64,000 bases of DNA from Flaccisagitta enflata (GCA_965153355.1 OZ231126.1:744001-808000), one strand, 5' to 3'. Positions 37,601 to 52,344 are shown, counted from the stretch's first letter. Notes: generated by a model from the letters alone, not told the origin. A program made the numbers and translations.

Positions 37601-37950
37601 CTTAGACCAGACTTAGACCAGACTTAGACCAGACTTAGACCAGCCTTAGAACAGACTTAGACCAGACTTAGACCAGACTTAGACCAGACTTTGGCCAAAC
37701 TTAGACCAGCCTTAGACCAGCCTTAGACCAGACTTAGACCAGACTTAGACCAGACTTAGACCAGACTTAGACCAGACTTAAAATGACTCAAGACAACTTT
37801 AAATGACTTAAAAAAACCTAAAATGACCGAAATGACTACTTTGACCTATTTGACATAAGTGACTTAAAATAACTTAGAATGACTTAGAATGACTTAGAAT
37901 GACTTAGAATGACCTAAAATGACTTAGAATGACTAAAAATAACTTAAAGT
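34610..37950 (-). repeat. Compound satellite (ACCAGACTTAG)n plus (TTAGAATGAC)n inside a family A element
   Basis: Starts with the element terminus AACAAGGCCAACACCTATAAGTCGCGTGC. The module of 11-mer array, spacer and 10-mer array occurs three times. Confidence 0.92.
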
Positions 37951-40527
37951 ATGGATTGACCAAATGTCTGGGATTGTGACAGACGGACTGTGGCTGATGG
38001 CTTTATAAGAGTGTCTCTTTTTCTGAGAGTCATTCTGTTTCACAGCTGAATGATGGTATGTCCATGCATATCGAAATATTCTGTGGTTATGTACTACAAA
38101 CTCATATGTGTATTACCCAATTATGTTGGGATGACATGAGTAGGACAGCGGCCCCGAAGGGACCAATAACCTATGCTTTGGCTACATGGGCTAATGATAA
38201 ATGTTTTGGGACTCCAATAGGAAGCTGTGATGTGGGTTTGAGGTTTACTTTTAGATTGAAATACAAGCTCAGAGGCTGGCGATTGAATGATTAGGCCTTG
38301 CGGCTGGGGATTGGACCTTGAGGCTGGGGATTGGACTTTGAGGCTGGGAATTGGATCTTAAGGCTGGGAATTAGGCCTTGAGGTGGGATTTGGGCTTTGA
38401 GGCTGAGATTTGAGCTTTGAGGCTGAGATTTGAGCTTTGAGGCTTGGATTTGAGCTTTGAGGCTGGCATTTGGGCATCGAGGCTGGCATGTGGGTATCAA
38501 GGCTGGGATGTGAGCCTTGACCCTTGAATGAGGGCATTGAGGCTGGGATTTGGGCCAGCAGACTAGGATTTGGGCCTTGAAGCTAGGCTTGGAGCCTCAT
38601 TGTGAGAATTTGGGCAGAAGAATGGAAGTTGGGACTCGAGAATGAAATTTGGGCCCTGAGAATAAGATTTGGGCCTCAAGGCTGGGATTTGGGCCTCAAG
38701 GCTGGGCTGAGACTTGGGGGGGGGTAACTAGTCATCCAAGGATCGCACATGGTCAGCGGTACCCGATGCCCAAGTTGTAGTGGTCCAGTGAAGAGGTGGA
38801 GTGAGAGCTGAAAGGTGCGGCCCTAAAGGGCCGGGCGTCCTGTAGAACACAGGGGACTTTCGAGACGTCCGTCCGTCCGTCTGTCCTGAGGGGGCATATT
38901 TCAGCTTTTAGATGGCTGATTTAGGCTACTGGGGGCATATTTGAGGGCTGGAGGGCAGAATCACAGCTCGGAGCACAGATTTGAGGTTTGGAGGGTTGAT
39001 TGATGCCTGAGGGCTGATTGGAAGGTCTGGAGGGCAGATTTGAGGTCTTGAGGGTGGATTTCTGGCATGGGGGAGACTGATTTGAAGCCTGCACAGCTGA
39101 TTTGAGGACTGGAGGGCCAAATTGAGGCCTGAGAGGGCTAATTTGAAGCCCAGGAGGGCTAATTTGAAGCCCAGGAGAGCTAATTTGATGCTCAATGGGG
39201 GGGACGGACGGAAGGACGACGGGCGGACGGACGCCCTGAAATTCCCCTGCACTTCTACAGGACATCGGCCTTCGGGGCCGCTGCCCAAAAAGGGAAAGAG
39301 GAGGAGGAAAGAGGAGAGGGAGAAAATTCCCCATATGTGAAAGCATAGGTCATTGGCTCCTTCGAGGCCGCTGTTCAATAGGGGGAACGACCAACCGACC
39401 GACCAACCTACGGACGGACCAAGCGGGCTGTAGAGTTGCGAATCAAGCGACTAACAATTTTCTAGGCAGTTTAAGATGGTTAGACTGTGTATGCTACGCA
39501 ATAATCATCTTTACGTTACAATACCTCCCTCACATCCAACCTTCTTATCTTTGACAGCGCCCTAAAAAAGGTTCCTGAACGTTTTGAATGTTGCGCATGG
39601 GCTCGTTTGGTCACATTTTTGCAAAGGAATATTAAAACTTGGTCGCAATGACGTGATTTGACATAATTCGGCGATACCCAGCCTCTAACCACCCAGCAAC
39701 CACCCAAAAGGCTCAAATGACCTTCACTATGAGCCAGATCAGCCAAGCTAAAGAAAATTCGTGTACCCAGCCTCTAACCACCCAGCAACTACCCCAAACG
39801 GTTCAAACCATCTTTACTGTGAGCCAGATCAGCCTAGCTAAAGGAAATTCCCATACACAGCCACTCAATTGTATACATCCCTGTAAAAGACTCAGACCAC
39901 CCTCAATGAGATCCAGATCAGCAGAGTTACAGAAAATTCCCATAACCAGCCTCTAACTACCCAACGAGAACTGGTGGGGGTTGGACGCCCCCGCCCACCC
40001 ATCTGCTACGATATTGGGACCCTGCATCACTTGTTTCCTTCTAAGTTGAATTGGTAGAATTCTCTTGCATTCAAATTGGCCGCTCCAATCAGTTAGGATT
40101 GGGAAGAAAACAAGGCCGGATACACGGCCATCAGTAGCGGACTGGTGGGCAGGAGCGGTAATGCGCGTTTTCCCACTTTTCAACTCGAGCGTGACGGACA
40201 ACCAAATTCAACGGACGACGGACGGACAAACTTTTATAGAGTTGCGTGTCCGCAAATTCAAAACGTTCGGGCCATAATATCGCAGCATTAGTCGGCGACG
40301 GAGTGGGCAGGAGCGGAAAAACCTTGAAAAGTGAGCGTTAGATTTTGATAGACCGACTGACAGACCAACCGACGGACCAACTGACGGACTAACTGGATTG
40401 ACCACCAACAAAGTGGTTTATAGAGTCGCTACCCCGCTGACTAAAGTCACACATTTTTTCCATAGTCACTAATCAATAGCCTAGTTTCTTGCCTTTCAGT
40501 AACGATATTCTGGTGAGATTTAAGTCT

Positions 40528-42536
40528 TTTTAGTCACAGTACGCGACTCTGCCAACTGCTCCGTCGGTCCGTCGGTCGGTCGGTCCGTCTGTAACACTTA
40601 GCTTTTGTGTCTTTTTTGGGTCGTCTGAGTTATTTTTGAGTCATTTTTGTTATTTTACAATTATTGGTCATGTTTAGTCATTTTTGGTCATTTTTGGTCA
40701 TTTTGGTCATTTTGGTCATTTTGGTCATTTTTGGTCATTTTGGTCATTTTTGATCAATTTTGATCAATTTTGATCATTTTTTATCAGTTTTTGTCTTTTT
40801 TTGTCATTTTTGGTCATTTTTGGTCATTTTGGTCATTGGTCATTTTTATCACTTTTGGTCATTTTGGTCATTTTTGGTCATTGGTTTCATTATTTTGATC
40901 AATTTTGGCCATTTTGATCATTTTTGATCATTTTTTGATCATTGTTGATCACTTTTTGTCATTTTGGTCATTTTTGGTCACTTTTGGTCATTTTTGGTCA
41001 TTTTTGGTCATTTCTGATCATTTTGGTCATTTTTGATCATTTTTGATCATTTTTGGTCATTGTTGGTCATTGCTGGTCATTGTTAATAGTGTTGGTCATT
41101 TTTGGTCATTTTTGGTCATTTTGGTCATTTTTGGTCATTTTGGTCATTTTTGGTCATTTTTGGTCATTTTTGGTCATTTTGATCATCATTTTTGATCATT
41201 TTTTATCATTTTTGATCATTTTTGGTCATTGTTGGTCATTTTTGATCATTTTTGATCATTTTTGGTCATTTTGGTCATTTTTGGTCATTTTTGGTCATTT
41301 TTGATCATTTTTGATCATTTTTGATCATTTTTGATCATTTTTGGTCATTTTTGGTCATTGTTAGTCATTGTTGGTCATTTTGGTCATTTCTGGTCATTTT
41401 TGATCATCTTTGATCATTTTTGTTCATTTTTGGTCATTTTTGTTCATTTTGGTCATTTTTGGTCATTTTGGTCATTTTTGATCATTTCGGTCATTTTTGG
41501 TCATTTTGGTCATTTTTGGTCATTTTTGGTCATTTTTGGTTAAGGAAGGCCTGCTGGTTAAAGTCTGCTGGTTAAAGTCTGCTGGTTTAAATCTGCTGTT
41601 TTAAATCTGCTGGTTTAAGTCTGCTGGCTCTAAATCCAATAAGTTAAGCTCCGTTGCTAAAGTCTGATGGTTAAAATGGCTATTTTAGTCTGCTGGTTTA
41701 AGTCTGCTGGGTTTAAATCTAATGTTTTAAGTCTGCTGGTCTAATGGTTTAAGTCTGCTGGTTAAAATGATATTAAAGATAAGTATGGTTTAAGTCTGGT
41801 TTAAGTCTGGTTTAAGTCTGGTTTAAGTTTGGTTTAAGTATGGTTTAAGTCTGGTTTAAGTCTGGTTTACGTCTGGTTTACGTCTGGTTTAAGTCTGGTT
41901 TTAGAATGGTTCATGTCTGATTTATGTCTGGTTTAGGTCTGGTTTAGGTCTGGTTTAGGTCTGGTTTAGGTCTGGTCTATGTCTGGTTTTTGTCTGGTTT
42001 ATGTTTGATTTAGGTCTGATTTAGGTCTGGTTTTGGTCTGGTTTAATTCTGGTTTGTGTCTGGTTTGAGTCTGGTTTGAGTCTGGCTTGAGTCTGGTTTG
42101 AGTCTGGTTTGGGTTCTGGTTTGATTCTGGGTTTGAGCTCTGGTTTGAGCCTGGTTTGAGCTCGTTTGGTCTGGTTAAGTCTGGTTTGAGTCTGGTTTTG
42201 AGTCTGCTTGAGCCTGGCTTGAGTCTGGTTTGAGTCTGGTTTGAGTCTGGTTTGAGTCTGGTTTGAGTCTGCCCTTAGTCTGGTTTGGAGTCTGCTGGTT
42301 TGGGTCTTGGTTTATGTCTGGTTTATGTCTGGTTTATGTCTGGTTTATGTCTGATTTAGGTTTTGTCTCTGGTCTGGTTTAATTTGCTTGAGTCTCATTT
42401 GAGTCTGTATGAGCTCTGTTTGGGTCTGTTGTGGGTTGAGGTTAAGTTTGATTTTGATAAAAAAGATACAATAAGGAGTCAGGTCAGTTCAGTTATTTTT
42501 GTCCTGCACGCGACTTATAGGTGTTGGCCTTGTTTT
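40528..42536 (+). repeat. Family A element with internal (TTTTGGTCA)n and (TCTGGTTTRAG)n satellites
   Basis: 5' TTTTTAGTCACAGTACGCGACT plus (GTCG)n, about 0.9 kb of 9/10-mers, about 0.9 kb of 11-mer-type units, then 3' GCACGCGACTTATAGGTGTTGGCCTTGTTT. Confidence 0.9.
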
Positions 42537-44357
42537 TAATTGAATGGCGTTTATTGTACACGCGGAAATACATGTACAAAAGGCCGGTATGGATTTTAAC
42601 AACCAGTCAAATTGCTTCTCGAAAAGTACACAAAACCTATTCTTGACAGTATTTGAATAAAATTGCTACCCCGGACGGGCAACATATAACAAGTCTCTAG
42701 CTTTATGAAAAAACAAAAACAAAAACAAAAACTAAACTAAAATATCGCAAAGCGCGTTAGATGGTCTGGTACCCATGCCCTGCCTAAGTTGGTTGTGGTT
42801 GAAGTTGAGGGGGGAGCAGGGCAGCGGCCCCGAAGGGGTCGATGACCTATGCTTTCACACATATGGGGGATTTTCACCTCCTTCTCCTCCTCCTCCTCCT
42901 CCTCCTCCTCCTCCTCCTCCGTCCCCCCCTCAAATCCCAGTCCCGAGGCCCAAATTCCAAATGCCAGAAGGCCCAAATCTCAGTCTTGAGGCTCAAATCC
43001 CAGCCTCAAGGCCCAAATCCTAGCCTCAAGTGCTTTCCAAATCTCAGCCTGGAGGCTGAGATTTGGGCCTCAAGGCCGGGATCTGGGCCTTTTGGCTGAG
43101 ATTTCTACCTTGAGGCTGAGATTTGGGCTTCATGGCTGAAATCTGGGCCTCCAGGCTAGAATTTAGGCCTTGAGGCTAGGATTTGGGCCTTGAGGCTGGG
43201 ATTTGGGCCTCAAGACTGGGATTTGGGCCTCGAGACTGGAAATTGGGCCTCGGGACTGGGATTTGAGGGGGGGGGACGTAGAAGGAGAAGGAGAAGGAGG
43301 AGGAGGAGGAGAAAATCCCCATATATGTAAGAAGCATAGGTCATCAACTCCCTTCCGAGACACAAACACAAAACTAAAACTAAAACTAAAACTAAAACTA
43401 AAACTAAAACTAAAACTAAACTAAAACTAAACTAAAACTAAAACTAAAACTAAAACTAAAACTAAAACTAAAACTAAAACTAAAACTAAGTCGCGTTCGG
43501 GTGATCAGGAGCAGTGCTGGAGAAGGTCACTAGAGACTTTGGGCGGGAAACAACAACAACTAGTGTCCAAGGATCGCACAAGGTCAGCGGTACCTGATGC
43601 CCTGCTGGGAGGATCTGGAAATGGTAAAAGGGAGGAGAGAGGGGCAGCGGCCCCAAAGGGGCCGATGTCCTGTAGAACACAGGGGGAATTTCCACTACGT
43701 CCTGAGGGGGCATATTTCAGGCCTTAGATGACTGATTTAGGACGCTGAAGGCATATTTGAAGGCTGGAGGGCAGAATTCAAGCTTGGAGAGCCGATTTGA
43801 AGTTTGGAGGGCAAATTTAAGCCATGGAGGGCTGATTTTATGCTTGGGAGGGCTAATTGAAGGTCTGGAAGGTAGATTAGAGGCCTGAGGACAGATTTGA
43901 GCTGGGGGGGCTGATTTGAAGTCTGGAGAGTTGATTTGAGGCCTGGAGGGCTGAATTGAGGGCTGGGAGGGCAAATTTGAGGGCTGGGAGAGCGAATTTG
44001 AGGCCAACGGGGGGGGGGACGGATGGAAGGACGGACGGACGGACGGATGTATGGAAATTCCCCCCTGTGTTCTACAGGACATCGGCCCTTTGGGGCCGCT
44101 GCCCAAAAACCGAACAACCGGCGAACCGACATAGCGGGATGTACTACGCGACGCAGGCACCCAACTAAACAAGGCCGGATACACAGCCAATACCAGTTGC
44201 GGACGGGTGGGCAGGGGCGGAAATGCGCGTTTTCACACTTTTCAACTCGTGTTCACGGACCGACGGACCAACGGACGGACGGACAAAGGCTCTTATAGAG
44301 TTGCGTGTCCGCAACTAAAAACAGAAAATATGTATGTATAAAAGCTACTTATCTTGG

Positions 44358-44465
<108 letters not shown>

Positions 44466-45374
44466 TGACAGACAGAGAGACAGACAGACAGACATACAGA
44501 CAGATAAGCAGGCAGAAAATAAAGGATGAAAAAAAGGAAACGCAAAGTAAACAAGGCCAAGTGGGCCAATAAGGTGCGCCGTGTGGATCGTCGAACGAAT
44601 GCGTTACCGACAGACCAACTGACCGACAGACAGACAGACCAACGGACATAGCCAGTTATAGAGGTGCGTTGGCGCACCTAAAAAAAACGAGGCCAAGTAG
44701 GCCAATAAGGTGTGACGTATGAATCGCTGAATGAATGCATTACCCGACCAACCAACCAACCGATGCCATTATCATGCTCATTTTCGTGCTCATTTCAACT
44801 CATTTTTGCGCTCATTTTTGTATTGATACAAGGTTCTGAAGGAGTATCCGCATTTTTGTCTTGTTGCTTTTCTTTACGTCCTTATTACCAATTTGACCCC
44901 TACGGCCCTACCTATCAAGTGCCCAAATTTGCGCGCGTATCCACCAAAATCGTGACTGTTTTGCGGCTTACTAGAGACCCAAAATTCCCGCATTTTTCAC
45001 CGATATTCGAACGTCATACAGCCCAACTGGACAACCAGTAGACATCTGTTATCATCGAGAGGCGCGGCCAACGAGCGGACTTTCTTCTTCTACACCGCCG
45101 CCGCCGCCGCCACCGGAGAAGCTTCCATACGAATCCCCGAAGGCGAGCGGGGCATAATACGCGTGCCAAAAGTCGAACTTTGATCGACTTTGCTCGTTCA
45201 AAATCCCAACTTAGGATTCTTCGACGGCGACGAAATTTATACCTTAGCTGCATGGAGGTTCGATCTATCTTCAATTCAAATTTCATCAAAATCGGTCAAG
45301 AGGTACGGCGACAGCAGCCGACGACGTTGACGGCCGTCGAGCCAAATTCCGCCTACAATTCAACACTTTCAGCG

Positions 45375-46864
45375 CACTGTGGTCCCCAAAATGAAAATTT
45401 GGGCGCTAACTTAAGTATTTGAATTTTTCGCCCACAGAGATTATTCAGTACCCTAAAAAAAACGCGACCTGGCTGTAATTGATGTGCCGGATCAAATGGG
45501 AACACCTGGAGGTGTGTAGCTGTAACAGTTTGGGAGAAAAAGGGTGATTTAGTATGATATTCAGCGCACAGTGCGCCACAAATTGCAAATTCAGGCGCAA
45601 AATAAAAAAAATCTAGAATTCTTGATCTTAAAAAAGCCCTGATCTTTAAAATTCCATAGTTTACAGTTTTTGATATGTCTGATCTAATGGCAACATCGGG
45701 AACTTAGAACTTACCATTTCTGCAATAGATGAAAACTTAAATTTCTTTTTTGTTAAAAATTTTTCTCACTAAAATCTTGCTAAAATTTTTTCGTTAAAAT
45801 TTTTTCTCAAAATTTTTTATGCTAAAATTCTTTCTCGCTAAATTTTTTGTGCAAGAATTTTTCTTGCAAAAATTTTTCTCGCTTAAATTTTTTCTCGCAA
45901 AAATTTTTTTCGCTAAAAATTTTTTTGCTAAAATTTTTATCGCTAAAATTTTTTTCATTAAAATTTTCTCTCGCCAAAATTTTTTTGCTAAAATTTTTTA
46001 TCGCTCAAATTTTTCTCGCTAAATTTTTTTTGCTAAAATTTTTTTTTCAAAAATTTTTCTCGCCAAAATTTTTTCGCAAAAAGTTTTTTTGCTAAATTTT
46101 TTTTGCTAAAATTTTTTTTGCTAAAATTTTTTTTTGCTAAAATTTTTTCTTGCTACAATTTTTTCGCTAAAAATTTTAATGCTAAAATTCTTTTCACTAA
46201 AATTTTTCTTGCTAAAATTTTTTTCGCTAAAATTTTTTCTCGCTAAAATTTTTTCGTTAAAAATTTTTTCCCTTAAAATTTTTTTTGCTAGAATTTTTTT
46301 TCGCTAAAATTTTTTCTCGCTGAAATTTTTTCGCTAAAATTTTTTTTTCCTCTAAAATTTTAAAGAATTTTCAAAGATGATTTTTAAGCAAAAAAACATA
46401 TTTGGATACAGCATAGTGAATACTACAAAACATAATGCTTTTATAATTAGTCACTATGTCCCCTTAATTCAGAAATTTTTAAGTCTGACTTTGCTTGTTT
46501 GTATTGCAGAAACTGTAGGTTCTACGCACCTGCAGACATTGCTATTAGTACTGGCATATCAAAAACTATCAACTATAAATTCTTCAGTGGTGTGTTTTTT
46601 GTTTTTTTTTTGGGCTAAAAATGCTTAATTTTTTAATTTTGCGCCTGAATTTATTATTTGTGGTGCACTGTGCATCGAATATCAATTGGAATCACCTTTT
46701 TTCTCTAAGATTGTTATGGTTGCACGCCTGCAGGCGTCACCATTGGATCTGGCACATCAAATATTATCAGTTAGCTGTTTTTTAGATTCTGGATAACCTT
46801 TGAAAGCAGGAAATTAGAAATTTTTTAAGTTGGCGCCCAAATTTTCATTTTGGGGACCACAGTG
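45375..46864. mobile_element. Nested Transib-like non-autonomous elements with a central T-rich (TTTTTCGCTAAAA)n array
   Basis: Outer TIR CACTGTGGTCCCCAAAATGAAAATTTGGGCGC with 5-bp flanks CAGCG/CACTG. Inner element 45567-46672 has CACAGTG...CACTGTG ends with flanks CAGCG/CATCG. Confidence 0.7.
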
Positions 46865-47860
46865 CACTGAGATTTTAGCTTTTTGAGCTTTGACCGGACC
46901 TGTAAATGGGAGACTGTTATTTGTTGCATGCTACACAACTCTATTAATTGCTCTCTGGGTTGGTCGGTTTGTCGGTCGGTCACCATTTGCTTTTTCAGCC
47001 TTGTTCAGTGCATGGTCTTCTGTGTGTGCACCTCATGCTGTCTGGTTGATTGCCTGTCTGTTTTAGTTATTCAATCTCTGTCTCTTTTTAGTCGCGTGCA
47101 CGCGACTCTACAACTCGCTTTGTCTATTGGTCTGTTGGTCCCTTGGTCCATCTGTCCACAGGTCCGTAAGACTTTTTAGTCGCATGCTACGCGACTCTAC
47201 ACCCCGCTTTGTCGGTCCGTTGCACAATGGAATGTGGCTGGTGATAGCCAGCGGTATGACAATTTTTTTTTCTTGAAAACGAGCCTAAATTTGAAGGAAA
47301 CACTTGCTAAAAACATTTTAGCATATGTCTCAGTCAATTTCAGCATAAAATAATCCCATACGAGCGCTTAGAAAAGCGTCAGAATTATGATAATTAGGAA
47401 AATAGAAAAAAACGCCAAAAGCAGAGGCAAATTTTAGGGGTAAAATTTTTTTATCAACTGACCATTCCAAGTCAAAACATGGCCACAATCTATTAAATCA
47501 GAGTCTATACTGAGGTTTAAAACCAAAAACTGACCCAATTCTACGTTTTGCGTAGTCCTCGACCCACCCTGATTTTGGAGCCTTTTATCTAATTTGCATG
47601 TGTGGATAAATCAATTTCATTAAAAAAACGCTGGGGATCACCGGGCCTGAAATTGTCATAGGAAGGACACTAACGGAAAACATAGTGGGAATAGGTCCAA
47701 CTAGGGCCAACATACCCTCTTTCCCCCAGTTTAATGTTGAGTATGGAGAGCTTTTAATTCCTTTGTTGCTATCTCTATCTCTTATTCAGTTTATTTATAT
47801 GTAGTTATCTCTCTCTCATTTGAGTAAATAGAAAAAGAAACGATATGCTTCATTTTTTTC

Positions 47861-47971
<111 letters not shown>

Positions 47972-48041
47972 ATGCGCGTGTGTGTGTGCGCATGCGCGTG
48001 TGTGCGCATGTGTGCGTGTGTGTGTGTCAGTGTGTGTGTGT

Positions 48042-48080
<39 letters not shown>

Positions 48081-48322
48081 CTGTCAACATCAGCTTCGAA
48101 ATAGTAGGGGCTTGCGCACCGGGATCAGGTTAAACAAAATTGAACGAGGGAAAAACAAGGCTGGATACACGGCAATACAGTCGCGGACGGTTGGGCAGGA
48201 GCAGTAGTGCAAAAACCGCTTGGAATTCAAAAATGTTATGGAACGGACGGACCGACCGGCGGACCAACCGACACGGCAAAGTGTAGAGTCGCGTGTCTGC
48301 GACTAAAAAGTGACGCGACTCG

Positions 48323-48493
<171 letters not shown>

Positions 48494-48661
48494 AGCCAAG
48501 ACATTGACAACTCGGATAGCAAAATGACTCAACAGGTTTGATCTGAGTTTAGGACGAATATGAAAAAGGAGAAAAAAACTCGCGCAACCTCGAGTTTATG
48601 AAGGTTAGGGACAAAAAAATGTTCTAGTTGTGAAAGAAGTAATTGCGTGTTACCTAGAGTA

Positions 48662-49019
48662 CAGAAGGAACCATTATAAGAGATGTGGAGGGACCAAAAG
48701 TATAGCGCCCCCCTTACAGCAAACACTATTGCTTATATTTCTTTTATTTTAAGTAGTGGTTTATACACAAATTTTTTCATGAAAGTAATTTTTTAAATTT
48801 CATCAACAATTTTTCAAAATATTTTTTTTTCCATTTTTAGAGGGTTTTAAAATGCCCAAATTTTAGCATAAAAAGGTCAATTGTGGCAATTCTAGCAGGA
48901 ATCTTAAAAAAACCTAGATAAAAAAATTGTCTTTAGTCAAGGAAGAATTAGTGAAGACTGTAGGGGGGGGGTTGCTATAACGATTGGTCCCTCCACATTT
49001 CTTACAATGGTTCCTTCTG
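48662..49019. mobile_element. MITE with TA target site
   Basis: CAGAAGGAACCATTATAAGAGATGTGGAGGGACCAA...TTGGTCCCTCCACATTTCTTACAATGGTTCCTTCTG. Confidence 0.75.
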
Positions 49020-49368
49020 TATATAAAGCTCAGGTTGTGTCACTTTGATATGCACCACCTCGATACTAAAATGAAACAAGTGTTAGGATTTGCATATTCG
49101 CATCATTACAATATCAATGTACTGCAATTTTTAAGCTTGTTTATCTTCTCCTTCTTTTTCTTTTTTTTTTTTTTATTTTCTCTTTTCTTTTTTCTTTTTT
49201 TTTCTTTCTTTTTTTTCTTTTTCTTCTCTTCTTCTCCTTCTAAAGTTAAGACTGGAAACAGACATTATGAGTGATCAACCAAAAATTTCTCGATCTTGTC
49301 CTCCTCCTCGTTCTCCTCTCTCTCTGTCTTCTTCTTCTTCTTCATCTTCGTCTTCTTCTTCTTTGTCT

Positions 49369-49399
<31 letters not shown>

Positions 49400-50022
49400 C
49401 TCTTTCTTCTTTCTTTCTTCTTCTATCTTCTTCTTCTGTCATCTTCTTCTTTGTCTTCTTCTTCTTTCTTCTTCTTCCTCTTCTTTCTTTTCTCTTCTAT
49501 TCTTTTTCTTTATCTTTTTCTTTTTCTTTTTCTTTTTCTTCTTCTACTTCTTCGTCTTCACATTATTACGTTGAGATTTGTAATTTCAGTGATCGGCTTT
49601 AACTTCCTCGTTCTTATCCTCTGCTGGCTTCTTCTTCTTCTTCTTCTTCTTCTTCTTCTTCTTCTTCTTCTTCTTCTTCTTTCTTTCTTCTTTCTTTCTT
49701 TCTTTCTTTCTTTCTTCACCTCTTTCTTCTTCTTTCTTCTTCACCTCTTCTTCTTCTTCTTTTTCTCACGCTTCTTATTCATTACCTACAGAATGGAGCA
49801 TTGAAACTAACAAATTTTTAATTACATAGTTCGTCGTCGTCTTCATCATTGTCTTCATTGTTGTTGTCACCCTCCTCCTCCCCCCTTCCCCCCTTCTTCT
49901 TCTTTTACTTCTTTTTCTTCTTATTCTTTTTGTTTCCTCCCTGTTTGCATTATTTCCCTACGTAATATAACATGAAAACTAAAACTAATCTTTTAAATCT
50001 TCAATCAATTGATTCCTCCTCC

Positions 50023-50072
<50 letters not shown>

Positions 50073-51948
50073 CTCCCCCCTCCACCTTCTTCTCCATCAT
50101 CTTCGTAGCATTCTTCTTCCCCTCCTTCATCTACTTCATCTTCTTCTTTGACATTTTTGTCTTCTCCTTCCTTTTCACCTTCTTCTTTGTCTTCTCTCTT
50201 TCAGCACTTTTGTCATTTTTTTTGTCAGAATTTTGACTGCCGGTCTATGCCGTACTACTTCAATATGAGGCCCAAAAATTATGATATAAACCACTTTGGT
50301 TCGCCTAAATGTTCTTTTTTTCTCAATTCTATGATGGAGGAATCCATTTTGGTTGAAAAATTAGTAAATCATTGGCGTAGATAGAGAGACACGCAGGTGT
50401 AAGCTTCCTCGCTCGCTCTGAGCACGCACATCCCATTGTGCGTTGGTCCGTCCCTCGGTCCGTCTGTAACGCTTGTGCAAAAACCGCGTTTCTTGGCTGA
50501 TTTATGCCACGATGAGATCCTGTAATGAATCTTATGATCAACAACCGTTTTTTGAGAGCCTCATTCACTATTCTGTCGCTTCATCTGTCTGTCCATCCTT
50601 ATCTCCATGTATGTTACATATTTAGTCAATACATGCAGATTGCAGAGACACAGTCCGGACGCATCGTTGCCCGGTCGGGTTTGTTTCGTTACCAGTGAAA
50701 AGGAAGGAGATGAAGAACAAGGCCGGATACACGGCAATCCAGTCGCGGATGGTTGGGCAGGAGCCATAATGCAAAAACTGCACGCGATTTAAGAATGTTA
50801 CGGACCGACGGACCAACGGACCGACACGGCAAGGTGTAGAGTCGCTTTTCCGCGACTAAAAAGAAGTAGAGGTTAAAGATGAAGAAAATAAAGAGGAAAA
50901 AAGAGAAGAACAAGAAAAAAAAAAGAAAAAAGGAGAAGGAGAAGAAGAAGAAGAAGAAGAAGAAGAAGAAGAAGAAGAAGAAGAAGAAGAAGAAGAAGAA
51001 GAAGAAGAAGAAGAAGAAGAAGAAGAAGAAGAAGAAGAAGAAGAAGAAGAAGAAGAAAAAGAAAAAGATAGTCGCAAAAGGAGAAGAAGAAGAAAAAGAA
51101 AAAGAAAAAGAAGAGGAAATAGTCGCAAAAGTGTCAGATGGTCAGTGGTACCCGTGCCCTGCCTAAGTAGGTTGTGATTAAGGTTGAGGGAGGGAGCAGG
51201 GCAGCGGCCCCAAAGGGGTCGATGACCTATGCTTTTACACACATGAAGAATTTTCTCCTTCTTCTAGCAATTTGGATTTTTGCCTTTGGGCTGGGATTTA
51301 GGCCTTGGGGTTAGGATTTGGACCTTAAGGCAGGAATTGAGGCCTAGAGGCTGGGATTTGGGCCTTTAAGCTGGGATTTGGCCCTAGAGGATAGGATCCT
51401 GGTCTTAAGGATGTGATTTGGGCATCAAGGCTAGGATTTAGGCCTCAAGGCTAGGTTTTGGGCCATGAGGATGAAATTTTAGCCTCAAGGATGAAACTTG
51501 GGCCTTGAGACTGAGATTTAGGCCTCGAGACTGGGATTTGGGCCTCACAGCTAGAATTTGAGTGGGGGGGGGCGGAGCAGAAGGAGGAGGAGGAGAAGAA
51601 GAAGTAGAAAATTCTCCATATGTGTGAAAGCATAGGTCATCAACTTTCTTGGGGTTGCTGCCCAAAAACTAGTAATCCAAGGATCGCTCTTGGTCCAATT
51701 CCACTAGTGAAAATTCACCAAAACTTAAAAGAAACCCCAATCTTTTGACTTAAAAAGACATAGCAGAAAAAAAATCAGAAGATGCAAAAAAGGGGAGGCA
51801 AAAGAAAAAGAAAAAAGAAAAGAAAAAAAGAAAACAGAAGAAAGACTAAGAGGAAGAAGGGAAATAAGGCTGGATACGGCTACCGAAGTCATGTGCACCT
51901 CACTCTGCCCCTTCCAAACCCTCCCACTCGCCCTTCCATGTAAGTATT

Positions 51949-52045
<97 letters not shown>

Positions 52046-52344
52046 TTTCTTTTTTCCTTCTATTTCCTCCTTTTTATTTTTCTTCTTCTTCTTCCTCCTT
52101 CTTTTTCTCCTTCCTCTTCTGCTGTCAAAACCTTCCGACACATCCCCTTCTCTTCCAAGTAGCGGCGCAACCCGCTATTCCATTCTTAAGAGGGCTGCAA
52201 GAATGTAGCACCAATCCAAATTTACTCTTAAACATGTTTTTTGTTTTAATGTGTGGTTATTGGTTAGTTGATTTTGGGGAAGCCTCAAGCCTTTGGATTT
52301 GAGTCCAAGCGGGAAGAGGGGGGGGGGAGATGGAGGAAAAGAAG

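Noticed and set aside
38921-44190. Pro/Ser-rich ORFs of 130-157 aa (also 59127-59656)
   Set aside because: They are translations of the 21-bp arrays in family B elements.
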